A stretch of 61,102 nt of DNA, filler included. It is 12 parts of 12 records of this genome, joined end to end, with 100 filler letters (N's around TTAATTAATTAA, not from the genome) between each part and the next. Parts side by side here need not be neighbours in the genome. Positions count along the whole stretch, not along the records: positions 32,440 to 35,673 come from SRR7504441_13047; positions 35,774 to 39,471 come from SRR7504441_13050; positions 39,572 to 45,213 come from SRR7504441_13058; positions 45,314 to 48,500 come from SRR7504441_13079; 8 more parts are not named here. One strand, given 5' to 3'. Positions 34,938 to 45,618 of the stretch are shown here, one piece after another. The position numbers and the translations under genes were made by a program. The notes beneath the pieces are model-generated. The model had not been told where the DNA came from. It ran no database searches and was given only the letters and a program-made list of their open reading frames with translations. Position 1 is the stretch's first letter, and each line of letters begins with the position of its first letter.

Positions 34938-35673
34938 ATGTCGGGGCTGGCGATGGCGTTCTACATGAACCTATACGACTTGGAGGGCATCGACCGCCCG
35001 CCACCGCTCACCCCGGCCCAACTCAGCGCCCGCATGCCCGCCGTCGCCCGGCTCCCGCCACCGGTGTCCGCCGCCTCCCTGGGACACCAACCGGCCGGCC
35101 AGGTGCAGCGCCGGCTGACCGCTCGCGCCCAGTCCAGTCCGGTCCCGGTGGTGCGCGGCACGCCCCCCTCCCCGGGGCGTAACGCTGCTGCCAGGTGCCT
35201 CCGTACGCGCTAGAGCCCGTGAGCCAAAGAGGCAACCAGCCGGTCGCCTCGGAGCGGGCGGTGCCGAGCCAACGGAACTCGATGCGCCCACCAGCGGCTA
35301 CGGAGCGGCCCAGCCAGCGCGAATCGCAGCGGTTTACGCACAGCCAGAGGGAGCTGATGAGCCTGTGGGTGCTGGGCGCTGGCGGCCGTGAGCGGTGCTG
35401 TGCAGGCTCCGAGCGACTCCACCGGCACCGTCCAGGAATCTGTGGTGCCGGATCAACCCTGGGCACTTGCCCACCAATGACTGGGGCACCACCCACCAGC
35501 GCACAAGCTGCCCGAGGTGTGCCGCCCGAGGTGGGGGGGTTGACGAATTGCAGGTTCCAATCACAATTGTATTCGATCGAGAAACCTTACAACATACACA
35601 AAACTGACTTTTTGTACATCCCACCGAAGAAAAAGTTTACAACCAGCATCGAATAAGTCAGTGGCAAATGTTC
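34938..35673 (+). CDS. Possible spliced hypothetical protein (Pro-rich), structure unresolved
   Basis: GC-rich overlapping ORFs 34929-35213 and 35195-35656 after an AT-rich spacer; no recognisable motif. Confidence 0.3.
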
Positions 35674-35773
35674 NNNNNNNNNNNNNNNNNNNNNNNNNNN
35701 NNNNNNNNNNNNNNNNNTTAATTAATTAANNNNNNNNNNNNNNNNNNNNNNNNNNNNNNNNNNNNNNNNNNNN
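35674..35773. other. Artificial contig spacer
   Basis: Same 100-bp linker. Confidence 0.99.
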
Positions 35774-35971
35774 AGCCCACCCGAGCCGCGCGCGGCCCTG
35801 GCCCGGACGAGCAGGATGGCTAGACGGGCGCGGGTGTCGGAGCTACCATCGTGTGCGGACGTCTGCGCGCGTGTTCTGGTAAAGTGTGAAGCTGACGGGC
35901 CCAAATTTCCGGAGTGGGACAGCAACGGCAACCGGCTGACTCAGCCACTCCACAACAACCAGTGAACCTCG

Positions 35972-36940
35972 ATGGCGGCAACTCCCTCTGCTGCTGCGTT
36001 GAGTGGCCCGACCCAGCCGTTCCGGGTGGTGAACCCCGGGGGGGTGGGCTGGCGCAATTCACCCAACTACGGGGACCGGCGGGCGGATGCGCCCGGGATC
36101 AATTCGGGCGCCAAGGTGGAGGGCCGGATGGTGAACGGGAAGGACGAGGACGGCCGCGACATCCTCTTCGTGGCTATCGAGGCGGCGGACGGCTCGTTCA
36201 TGTTCCTGCCGACGAAGATGCCCGATGGCTCGCCTGTGCTCACCCCGATTGATATGGCCGGGACTGTGAGCAAGTGGCAAGTGGTCTCGCCGAGCGGGAT
36301 TGGGTACCGCAACAGCCCCAAAAACGACGACCGCAACCCTGGGCAGGGCCCGGCATACGGTGAGAAGGTGACGGGCATGATGTGCATAGGCGTGGACGGG
36401 CTGCAGTACGTGGCATGTCCTAACAATCTCTACCTTCCCATCACCTCCGCTGACCAGCAGACCCGGTTACTCAACGAACTGCCGATGCGCTTCACCGTGG
36501 TCAGCCAGAGCGGGATTTCGTGGCGGTCCGCAGTGGACTTCGATGCCAGGGCTACTGCGACCGCCGGGCCAGGGTTTGGTCAGACAGTCGAGGGGACTCT
36601 CACTAAGGACGCCAACGGAAACAAGTTTTTGCAATGCACCAACGGTAATGCGACTTACTACTTGCCGCTCAGCACCCCCGGCGGCACGCCGCTGTTGCAG
36701 CAGTCGCCTGATCAAGTGGAGCAGCCAAAGCCGCAGCAGCAGCAGATGGCGATGGCACTGCAGCAGGATCTCTACAGGGTGCAGACGACCTACGCAGCCC
36801 CCTGCCAGTACAGGGCTGCCAACGGATTCGTGTACGCGTCACCCGCTCAAGGTGCCATGTACTCTGCGCAGCCTGTGGTGATACAGCAGCAAGCAGTGCC
36901 CATGGTAGTGTCCCAGCCGACAACAGTCGTCTATCGGTGA
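35972..36940 (+). CDS. Protein with three tandem ~70-aa SH3-like beta-repeats and a Q/P/Y-rich tail
   Basis: Repeats FRVVNPGGVGWRNSP..FLP, WQVVSPSGIGYRNSP..YLP and FTVVSQSGISWRSAV..YLP. Confidence 0.8.
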   Translation: MAATPSAAALSGPTQPFRVVNPGGVGWRNSPNYGDRRADAPGINSGAKVEGRMVNGKDEDGRDILFVAIEAADGSFMFLPTKMPDGSPVLTPIDMAGTVSKWQVVSPSGIGYRNSPKNDDRNPGQGPAYGEKVTGMMCIGVDGLQYVACPNNLYLPITSADQQTRLLNELPMRFTVVSQSGISWRSAVDFDARATATAGPGFGQTVEGTLTKDANGNKFLQCTNGNATYYLPLSTPGGTPLLQQSPDQVEQPKPQQQQMAMALQQDLYRVQTTYAAPCQYRAANGFVYASPAQGAMYSAQPVVIQQQAVPMVVSQPTTVVYR

Positions 36941-37120
36941 GTTATTCAAGCATTTACATACCCAGCTCCTTGTTACCAAATATAGGACCAGTGTACGTGT
37001 CTACTAAATGCTGTCAAGGACGAGTTCTATGTTCTAGGTGCTTCCTAAATGTCATTGTTTCTGATTTAAACCTTACATTAATACTTATCATGTAATCATG
37101 GCTAGATGAGTTCAATGGTA

Positions 37121-38340
37121 CTACTGGTACAAGCATGATTGGTACTCGTACTGTAGTGTACACTCATGACATGATCTTGCAATCACCAACAAGCAGCACT
37201 GATACTTACGCAACCGAAGGCCCTTGGGTGTTGACGCCAAACACAGGCCGTTGATGTTCTGCCTCGGAAGATATGTCTTCTTCGCACAACTCTCGCGCCA
37301 ATCGGATCTGCTGGTACCTGACCGCCCGAGCTGAGCACCTAGAACACTTTGCGCAGTCACCTGTGCCAGTGGCACATACTTGTACGCATAGCAGTAGTGC
37401 AAAGCAGTCTGGCCACTGTTGTTCTGGGCATCAATGTCTACTCCCGGTTGGTCAAGTAGCAGCTTGGCGACCTGCAAAGTAGATTCGCATACGGTGGCTC
37501 TCCCAAGGGCTAGTTGTACCTTCTTGTTGCCATTTTGGCACGCAATATGCAGCAAGGTGTTGCCCTTTGAGTCTGAAATGTTGCCAAACTGCTTGTAAAG
37601 CTTTCGGAAGCCGCTGCTCTTCCGGCCCTGGATAGATTGTCTGCACCTTACAGCACACAGTGAACACCCAGTCCGCTCTGGGGACAAAATACCGTGTGAA
37701 AGGCGAAGCTGCAGGCTCGGGCTTGGCAGGTTCTTCGTGGGCCTCTGGTACTTCGTATGCCTCTTCCACATCGGATTCTATCTGGGCCTCAGACCCCATG
37801 TATGGAGTTGACAACCGCCGTTGTTGCTGAGGAGATGCTGAGCGCTGTGCGGGCTGCGGCTGCGGCGGCAGCTGCTGAGGTGGCTGCTGTGGTTGCACGG
37901 CTTGGTACTGAGGTTGTTGTGGAGGCAATGGTTGAACTGGATAGTAGCCAATGCCGACCTGACTGTATGGTTGCTGCATCGGCGGTGGTCTTTGCATCGG
38001 CCCGTCTGCCGGTTGTAACCTTGTTTTGCCTCTTCAGGTGCCCTTCCGCCCGGGCCATGAGCTGGTCGGCCTGCCCGCTGAGCGGCCCTTGCCTGTTGCT
38101 GATCCCGTGCAGCTCGCTGTACGCCCGGTCGAACGCCTCGTCCAACCCGGTCTGCACCGGGGGCTGCTCGGCCGCGCACTTGTGATAGAGCGAGGCCGGG
38201 GGGCCCTCCCGCGGGCCGGCCGGCCGGTTGGAGATGTCCTGGAGCGGCTTGCGCCGGCGGTGTTTCGGCGGGAGATAGGCGTAGTTCTGGAGCGCCACGT
38301 CCTTGAGCTCGCTCCGCGGAAGCGGCTGCTCTGTCGTCAT
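37121..38340 (-). CDS. Ankyrin-repeat protein with Pro/Gln-rich linker (multi-exon; 3' end and one junction uncertain)
   Basis: DSKGNTLLHIACQNGNKK|VAKLLLDQPGVDIDAQNNSGQTALHYCYAY after removing an in-frame 48-nt GT-AG intron; ATG at 38340. Confidence 0.7.
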
Positions 38341-38439
38341 GGCTTCGCGAATTTGTCTTGGAATTTTCGTTCGACGGTTTCTGTCCGTTGTAAAACAGCC
38401 CCGGGTTTGAGCGAGGCCACGGGGGCGGCAAGGCGCTAG

Positions 38440-38810
38440 ATGGCGCACCCTTTGACCTGGCCGGTGCTCGGGCTGTTGGCCATCCTGGACCTGCTGCTGT
38501 ACATCTTCGGACTGGGTCGCCCTGCCTCCCCCCACCAACGGCTAACAGGTGGCCGCAGCCTGTGTGCACCAGGGCTCCGTCTGCACCAGCGTGGACACGG
38601 TGCCTCCCCGGGCCCGGGCGGGGGAAGAGGGGGCGACAGGGCGCGGCGGAGATCACGCTGGCGGTGATGCTGTCGGTGGGGCTGTGCTTCGTGGCGCTGA
38701 TAGTATCGATGGACGAGAGCCTGTTGTCGCCCGGGGACGGGTATCGGTTGCTCGAGGGCGAGGAGGAGATGGAGAGCAACCCGCTAGCCGAGGAGGATGA
38801 GTTCTTCTAG
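38440..38810 (+). CDS. Small two-TM protein (about 95 aa, 3 exons)
   Basis: Introns 38516-38558 (43 nt, CTAAC branch site) and 38600-38639 give MAHPLTWPVLGLLAILDLLLYIFGLACVHQGSVCTSVDTGAAEITLAVMLSVGLCFVALIV..GYRLL..EEDEFF. Confidence 0.7.
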
Positions 38811-39300
38811 GTTGGTCGCCCGCGCATCTGCCCCCGACGGGACTCGCGCCTCCTGGCCTGTGTATCGTAAATCAGTGCAAACACTTTGATACTGAGAGTG
38901 CGGTATTTCCAAGATTTGCGCGTACAATAGCTTTCAAAGTGCTCCAGGTCGTGTCCAGATCCGGACCGGGGACTGCTGCTGGTCAGTATCAAGCAGGTGC
39001 GGCATCGGCACTCGTTCGTATCATTGTGCGCGAGAGCACCCGAAACAAACGCCTCCGACCGATGTGCTTGCCCGGCGCGAGGCTTCTGCGTCATCACCTT
39101 CCATGCATTAAGCGCGCAGCTTCCCGTGGCTGTCCGTGTGCTTGCTGTAATGTTGCCCGAAAAGGCACGCGAGAGATTGAGTGCTCAACCCGCTTCCTCT
39201 CTGCGTCTCTGCAGCCTGCACGTGACCGTTGTGCACCGTTGGCGCAGATACGGGCCCTCCAAAGTTCCCGCGCACAGCCGCGGAGCCAAGTGCGGGCACG

Positions 39301-39471
39301 ATGGCGGAGGCGGGCACACCTCGATCGCAAGCCAAGGCGGCCAAGCGTGCCCGACGGAAGAGCGAGGGCGACTTCAAGCGTCTGCTGGAAGCGCCCGAGG
39401 AGATGAAGGGCGAGGTGGCGGTGGTTGCCCGCTTCAGGCCCCTGAACGACGAGGAGGAGAAGTCGATGAAG
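39301..39471 (+). CDS. Kinesin motor protein, N-terminal fragment
   Basis: GEVAVVARFRPLNDEE matches the first beta-strand of the kinesin motor; runs into the spacer. Confidence 0.7.
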
Positions 39472-39571
39472 NNNNNNNNNNNNNNNNNNNNNNNNNNNNN
39501 NNNNNNNNNNNNNNNTTAATTAATTAANNNNNNNNNNNNNNNNNNNNNNNNNNNNNNNNNNNNNNNNNNNN
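39472..39571. other. Artificial contig spacer
   Basis: Same 100-bp linker. Confidence 0.99.
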
Positions 39572-40007
39572 GGATCCCCCGAGCGGGGGGCTCAGGCTGC
39601 GGGACGAGAGGGAGGACGCGGCAGGGCAGTCGGGCTCGATCGTGCCGACTGGGTACGACTTCGGGCAGCGGGTGTACCAGTGCATCCAGGCGGCCCCGGG
39701 GGTGGGGTACCGGAGCGTGCCCGACTTCCGCCAGAAGATCGTGGATGGGATGGGCCCGCAGGCGCCGCAGGTGATCGTGGCCGACGCGATCTGCCAGGGC
39801 CCGAGGGCCATCTTCGTGCATGCGACCGACGGACACGGCTGGCTGCCGCTGGTCGACCCAACTGTATCGGGCCGGGGGCGGTTGGGGATTGATTGGGCGT
39901 CACAGGGCGAGCGGTGGCTGTTCAAGTATCTTGGGAAGGTTGAGGACGTGGACATGAGCCGGTACGAGCTCAACCAGCACCAGGTGGCGACAGTCGGCTG
40001 GGTCTAG
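39572..40007 (+). CDS. 5'-truncated protein carrying one copy of the same SH3-like repeat as 35972-36940
   Basis: YQCIQAAPGVGYRSVPDF..GPQAPQVI..IFVHATDGHGWLPL. Confidence 0.6.
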
Positions 40008-40333
40008 ACTGGGCGGCAGGTCAAGACCGGCCAGGCCGAGACTGTTGCAATGGGAGTGGACAGCAAGACCGGAGAGTCGGTAGCCGAGCGATGCTGGCCG
40101 CACGTGAGCTGTGGGCAGGTCCGTCAGTAGCCGCGTCAGTGCAGGTCAAGCGGCACTGATGATGTGAATATGGACTGTTTGCGCTGAGTCAGATCATTGT
40201 CACGGCTTTTGTATAGACGATTGATCTCTATGTATTACACTAAAAAAGTTTACATCAAATTTTATTACGAGTAAGCTTACATGACTGTACGCATTATGGC
40301 TCTAAAGTCTTGTCAGCCGGTGTCTGCTGCAGC

Positions 40334-43300
40334 TCAGTCCAGTGCATCCGGCCCCCGAGGCGAGCACACCCCCGCCAGCCCGGACGCGATCTCCTGATCG
40401 GTCAGCTGCTCAATGTACGAGATCGAGCCCTCCAGCATAGTAAGGCAGAAGTCGTCAAACCCTCCCGGCTGATGCAGCGCCGCGAAGATCACCCTCATGA
40501 AGTCCCGGTTAGCCAGCATGTTCTGCACCCGGGCGTGCGACACCACAAAGCACATAATCGGCTGCAGATCGTCCGCCCCCAGTGGCCGCTGCTCAGCTGC
40601 CTCCCGCTGGGCGGTCTGCTCGATCACGCTGTAGGTCTCTACAAGGCTTGATACCTTCAGAGTGCCCCGAATCGAGTTGTTCAGCTGCCGGATCGTCACC
40701 ACCGCGGCGCCCCAGTCGGTGCTGGACTGCACCTTCGGATCGATCCCGAACGCGTCCTGCGACAGCCCGGCCAGCCGCTCGATTCGACGCTCGAATTGCG
40801 TTTCGGCCGGCGATCCCCTGTACACATCGCATAGCAGCCTAAAGCACTGGTCTAAAAATAGATCCTGAGCCCAGATCTCCACACTCCGGCTGGCCACCAC
40901 CTCGAGGTTGGTCGCGAAGCTCGAGGCCTCCGCCGCCGCGCTCGCCTCGGCCACCAGCGAGCCTAGCCCGTCCGGCCCCGCTATCCCGAGCACGTGCGCC
41001 CGCCAGGCCTGGACCACGTTGCTCCCGTCCCTGCAGATCTGGAGCACCTGCTCCACCCGCGCGTCGGACAGCTCCGGCTCGGCCTCGGTGTAGGCCTGGA
41101 GCCGCTCCTGCTGGGCCCGGAGCAAAGCGGTGGCGGTCTGGCCCTCGTGGCAGGTGGCGGCCAGCCCAAACACTCGCGAGGTGACACGCTGCTCCTCGGA
41201 CGCCTGCAGGATCCGGCAGATCACACCGACAGCCACCTCGGGCGGCGTCTTGAACAGAAGCTCCACCCAGCCACTCGGGCCCATGGGGGCCATCCCAGGG
41301 AGGGGGGCCCCGCACAGCAGCAGCAGCTTGCACATCTCGATGTTGCCTCGGTACGCTGCAAGCAGCAGCGGCGACTTATCCGGATGCATATGCGAGAGCA
41401 CAGCCAGCGTGGAGCTGCCCTCCGGGTCCGGGGTGGTCTGGAGCAGCTTTTGGACTAGCGCCGTGTGCCCTTGGTGCACAGCCATGTGCAGCGCAGTCCA
41501 CTGCGCACCGCCAGCCGGGATGTTGGCAATCGTGCCAACCTCGCGCAGCAGCGATGCGATCTCCAGCTGGCCGGCCCAGGCCGCCAAGTGCATCGGCACC
41601 AGCCCGGCCATTGTGGACGCGTGCACGTTTGCACCGTTTTCTACCAGCAACCGACAGGCGGCCCCGGCCCCGGCCAGCGCCGCACAGTGCAGCGGTGTGT
41701 ATCCGGCCACTGTGACGCTCGCGAGCGCGAAGTCCACCAGCTCCTGGTCCAGCGCCTGCAACAAGCAGTTGCACATCGCGGGGTCGTCCCCGTAGGCCGC
41801 CAGGTGCAGCGCTGTCTGCCCGGCTCTGTCCCTCAGAGTGCCATCGGCGCCCGCCGCCAGCAACAGACACATCACCTCTACATTCCGGCCCTCTGCCGCA
41901 AAGTGCACTGCCGCAGACCCGTCCAGCGCCCTCACGTCCACCGACACGTATCCTACCAAGGTCTTGACCAGGGGAGCCGACCCGGCCGCAGCCGCCAGCA
42001 TGAGCGCCGTGTGCCGGCCTCGCCTGAACCAGCTGACCCGGCCGCCCATCCCGAGCTGCGCTGGCTCCAAAGGCCCCAGCCGGCACGCGCACTGCTCGCC
42101 CGCCGCCTGCAGCCAATCTGTCGCCTGCCCCCGGAGCAGCGCAGTCGGCCCCGCCAACTGGAGCACCGACCGCGCGTAGCACCGCTCTGCTTGCTCGACC
42201 GCTTGCTCGTACCGAGCCCTCAGCGAGTCCGGCTGCAGCTGCGGGAGTCCCGCTAGGCGAGCCGCCTCCTCCATCAGCGGACCCGGATCGGCAAGCTCAT
42301 CCAGCAGCCCAGCAGCCAGCACTGCCGTCCCAACAGCCAGCAGCCCCGGCAGCCCGTGACTGAGCAGCGCATCCACCGCCCGCAGCTGCAACACGGCCGG
42401 CAGCCCGAGCCCGCTCAGCAGCCCCTGCGCGATCCCTCCGAGGGTTTGTCCGTTGAGCCGGTCCTCGAGCCGACCCAGCAGCCCGAGCCCTTCTAGAAGC
42501 TCGGTCCAGACTAAATCGAGTGCCCATTCCCTCTCCCAGCCGAGCCCCGCTGGGATCAGCTCCGTGTAGATCCGGAGCAGCAACCCGAACGCGACTGGCT
42601 CCGGCACAACACACAGCAGCACCCGGACCGCAGGCTCGACTGGGGTGCACCCCGGGTGGGTTGGAGACGGCACCGCCTGCCACGCGTCGCACACCCTTTG
42701 CACGGCCTGGTCGTACGCATGCTCGGGCTGCGGGCTGAGCTCGAGCCGATGCAGCAGCTCCTTGTCGATCGGAGCCTTGCCGCTCGGGGTCGCCATATCG
42801 GCCAGCTCTGCCTCCATCTGGCCTACCAGCCGAGCCGACCACTGCGCCCGCCGGCCTGCCGCGCAGCCCTGCTCCAGCAGCCTCGCCCGGCTCGCCCGGC
42901 CCGCCTCCTCCCGATGCCGAGCCGCCCGAGCCAGCGCCGCGGCGTACCGGCCGTCGTCGTCCATTCCACCTCGCCACCCGGCCGACCGCTGCTCGAATTC
43001 GGCCCATCCGAGCCCAGGCCCCTCCCTCTGGGCCTTGAGCCTCCGGAGCTCTCCGAGCACCGTCCGCTGCTGCGACTTGGACAGCGCCACAAAGCTCTCG
43101 CGCGGAATGGTGCCGCCGTCCTGCCGGGCCGCCGCCGCACACAGCAGACAGTGCTCGTAGAGTGGGTCTTTCGCCTCCAGCTCGCCGGCCAGAGAGCTCT
43201 CAGCCAGCACACTCAGCGACTCCCCGCCCAGCCAGCCCGCCGCAGGCACCGGCGACGGCTCAGTGGCCGGCTGCTCGGGCGGGGGGGGCGCGCAGAGCTG

Positions 43301-44992
43301 ATCGAGCAGTGTGACCAGAGCCTCGGCCTCGAACTCGGAGCTGAGCTGGACGGCCCAGGCTGCGACCGGTCCCCAGAGCGCCAGGCAGGGCGCGGCCGGG
43401 CTGGCAGTGCTGGTCTGCCACTCGGCGCATTGGGCGCACCGGAGCCCGGCCAGCGGCCTGCTGCACCGTACGCACCCGAATGAGTGCTCCCTCTGGAGCT
43501 TGGTGCCTGCAGCCTCCGGGGGTGTGAGAGGCCCCGCCACCCGCTCGTACGTGAGCCCAGCCAGGCCGATCGTGTCCGAGACCATCTGGCCGTGCCCCAC
43601 CGAGAACTCAAAATAGACCGCCAGTCCACTCACCACCAGCCGGCCGGGCAGCGCGGGCGACGAGCTCTCTGTCCTCGCGAGGCACTGGCAGGTCATCACG
43701 GGGAACTCTCCATGCTCAGACACCCACGGCCGGGTGGCCGGGAGCCAGCTGTGCCCGCTGGCCGGGTGCTCCCCCCGGGCGATCCGCTCGGCCTGCAGCT
43801 TATGCTTGAGCCTCATCCCGTTGAATAGTACGGCCCTCACCCAACTCTCTAAGACCTCCTCGCTATCCGTGAAGAAGCTGATCGAGCTAGGGAGTCCGCT
43901 CACTTGCCTGAACTTGAGCTCAAACCCGAGCCGCGGCCCCGAAGTCAGCTGCACGCACCGCCGGCCGATCGCAGTCAGGTCCGACAGACTGGCTCGCCCG
44001 GCTGCGGCAGAGTTCATCACCCCTTTAGGCTCCCAGCTCAGCGCGTTCGCACTCAGCTTGAGTCCGAACCGCCGGGCCTTGAGCACCTCCCCTGGGTCTA
44101 ACGGCCACCGCGCCTCCACCAGCCCGCGCAGCTCACTCTCCCGGATAACGGCAGAGAGCGCCAGCCTGTTGAATCTGAATTCCTCGGCGAGCGGCGCTGC
44201 GATCGCCACTTGCCCTTTGACCGGCTGCTTGGGCGACGCCGTTACGGCCCAGGTGACCCGGGAGCGCACCTGGTCCACCCCCTTGCCGGCCCACGAGCTG
44301 TCGAGCAGCTCCGACTGGAACTGCCGTGCGAGCCGCGTTGGGGAGCCGTGCTCAGGCACCAGATCCTCGGAGATCGACCGCCGGTGCCGGGCACGGAGCT
44401 CGGCGGTGGCGCTCGGGCCGTCCTGGGGGGCGGCGGCGTCTGGGAGCAGCTCGAGCATCTCCGGCAGCCTGGCGAGCAGCTCGGGGGTCGGGCCGTTGGC
44501 CTCTAGCTCCATCTCCAACTCGGCCAGCCGCTCGATCGCGCCCAGCTGGGAGAGCACCAACGGCCCCACCGGCTGGCTGCCCCAGCTCGGCCGTTGGAGC
44601 GCCGCGGCGCAGACGGCGGCGGCGTCGAACAGTTGCATCGGGACGGCGGCACCACAGGAGGCGGCCACCGCAGCCAGCGAGGTTATCAGATTGCCGACGG
44701 TGCCGGTCGGGTCCACGGTGGGGGGGGCGCCCAGGCTGCTCCACGGGTTGGGGCAGTCGGCCAGCGGGATTAGCTGTCCGTTGGGGCCCAGCCCGATCTG
44801 CTCGGGGGTGGCCAGGCCGTTGCACAGGGCCGGCCGGACCGGGTGGTTGGGGGCATCGGCCGCAGCCAGGAGCAGCCGGGAGAGTCTGAGCAGCTCGAGC
44901 AGCAGCTGGTGGTTCAGCTGACTGCCTGGGGGCGCCGGCCCGGCCCCGAGCAGCCCCGCCAGATGCTCGGCCAGCGACTGCTGCCCGGCCAT
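40334..44992 (-). CDS. Large trafficking regulator: PH-like domains, degenerate TBC domain, ankyrin repeats and C-terminal VPS9 domain
   Basis: VPS9: LGADDLQPIMCFVV..FCLTMLEGSISYI. About 7 ankyrin repeats (HTALMLAA, GQTALHLAA, GYTPLHCAA, WTALHMAV). PH end ISFFTDSEEVLESWVRAV. TBC-like EPVAFGLL..LRAVDALLSHG. Single long ORF. Confidence 0.85.
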   Translation of the reverse strand: MAGQQSLAEHLAGLLGAGPAPPGSQLNHQLLLELLRLSRLLLAAADAPNHPVRPALCNGLATPEQIGLGPNGQLIPLADCPNPWSSLGAPPTVDPTGTVGNLITSLAAVAASCGAAVPMQLFDAAAVCAAALQRPSWGSQPVGPLVLSQLGAIERLAELEMELEANGPTPELLARLPEMLELLPDAAAPQDGPSATAELRARHRRSISEDLVPEHGSPTRLARQFQSELLDSSWAGKGVDQVRSRVTWAVTASPKQPVKGQVAIAAPLAEEFRFNRLALSAVIRESELRGLVEARWPLDPGEVLKARRFGLKLSANALSWEPKGVMNSAAAGRASLSDLTAIGRRCVQLTSGPRLGFELKFRQVSGLPSSISFFTDSEEVLESWVRAVLFNGMRLKHKLQAERIARGEHPASGHSWLPATRPWVSEHGEFPVMTCQCLARTESSSPALPGRLVVSGLAVYFEFSVGHGQMVSDTIGLAGLTYERVAGPLTPPEAAGTKLQREHSFGCVRCSRPLAGLRCAQCAEWQTSTASPAAPCLALWGPVAAWAVQLSSEFEAEALVTLLDQLCAPPPPEQPATEPSPVPAAGWLGGESLSVLAESSLAGELEAKDPLYEHCLLCAAAARQDGGTIPRESFVALSKSQQRTVLGELRRLKAQREGPGLGWAEFEQRSAGWRGGMDDDGRYAAALARAARHREEAGRASRARLLEQGCAAGRRAQWSARLVGQMEAELADMATPSGKAPIDKELLHRLELSPQPEHAYDQAVQRVCDAWQAVPSPTHPGCTPVEPAVRVLLCVVPEPVAFGLLLRIYTELIPAGLGWEREWALDLVWTELLEGLGLLGRLEDRLNGQTLGGIAQGLLSGLGLPAVLQLRAVDALLSHGLPGLLAVGTAVLAAGLLDELADPGPLMEEAARLAGLPQLQPDSLRARYEQAVEQAERCYARSVLQLAGPTALLRGQATDWLQAAGEQCACRLGPLEPAQLGMGGRVSWFRRGRHTALMLAAAAGSAPLVKTLVGYVSVDVRALDGSAAVHFAAEGRNVEVMCLLLAAGADGTLRDRAGQTALHLAAYGDDPAMCNCLLQALDQELVDFALASVTVAGYTPLHCAALAGAGAACRLLVENGANVHASTMAGLVPMHLAAWAGQLEIASLLREVGTIANIPAGGAQWTALHMAVHQGHTALVQKLLQTTPDPEGSSTLAVLSHMHPDKSPLLLAAYRGNIEMCKLLLLCGAPLPGMAPMGPSGWVELLFKTPPEVAVGVICRILQASEEQRVTSRVFGLAATCHEGQTATALLRAQQERLQAYTEAEPELSDARVEQVLQICRDGSNVVQAWRAHVLGIAGPDGLGSLVAEASAAAEASSFATNLEVVASRSVEIWAQDLFLDQCFRLLCDVYRGSPAETQFERRIERLAGLSQDAFGIDPKVQSSTDWGAAVVTIRQLNNSIRGTLKVSSLVETYSVIEQTAQREAAEQRPLGADDLQPIMCFVVSHARVQNMLANRDFMRVIFAALHQPGGFDDFCLTMLEGSISYIEQLTDQEIASGLAGVCSPRGPDALD

Positions 44993-45213
44993 CTCCAGCC
45001 TGTTCACTCTACCGTAGAGTAGACTACCTGGTACCAGGTACCTTGTAAACTAGCGTATTCTTGACACGCGCTAAAACTTGACACTAGGATTAAAACGCGC
45101 GGGAACAGGAGCGGTGGGCATGGTCGGCGCCCGGCGTGGGCAGGACGTGATCGTCCTGGTCAAGGGCTGTCGAACGGTGTGCGGTACACCCACTGCCTCC
45201 TCGATTGATGCAC

Positions 45214-45313
45214 NNNNNNNNNNNNNNNNNNNNNNNNNNNNNNNNNNNNNNNNNNNNTTAATTAATTAANNNNNNNNNNNNNNNNNNNNNNNNNNNNNNN
45301 NNNNNNNNNNNNN
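45214..45313. other. Artificial contig spacer
   Basis: Same 100-bp linker. Confidence 0.99.
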
Positions 45314-45618
45314 GACTCTCAACTCGGATTTCCTGATGAATATTCGGAAGCAGCTGAATGGGTATTATGACAAGTTGAAGAGTCGGAGCACAGGGAGCAA
45401 CATGATTAAGAACAGCGAGGATGTATTGCGCTACACCCCGAAGGCTTTGACAAATTGACATCGTTATTGCAGGCAGGGCTGGCTAGGTTACGATGTCATA
45501 CGAGTAGCCATGATTAGGAGTGGTAACAATTAGGTAAACTTGCTCAAGATACAACCATATTAAACGCTGTAGAACCCTAGAGCGATTAGCGAGTAAACTC
45601 AGATAAACTTAGATGAGT

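Noticed and set aside
45120-45458. Short coding-like fragments either side of the spacer (45120-45213 + and 45315-45458 +)
   Set aside because: They are plausible gene ends but too short to assign, and they lie on different contigs.
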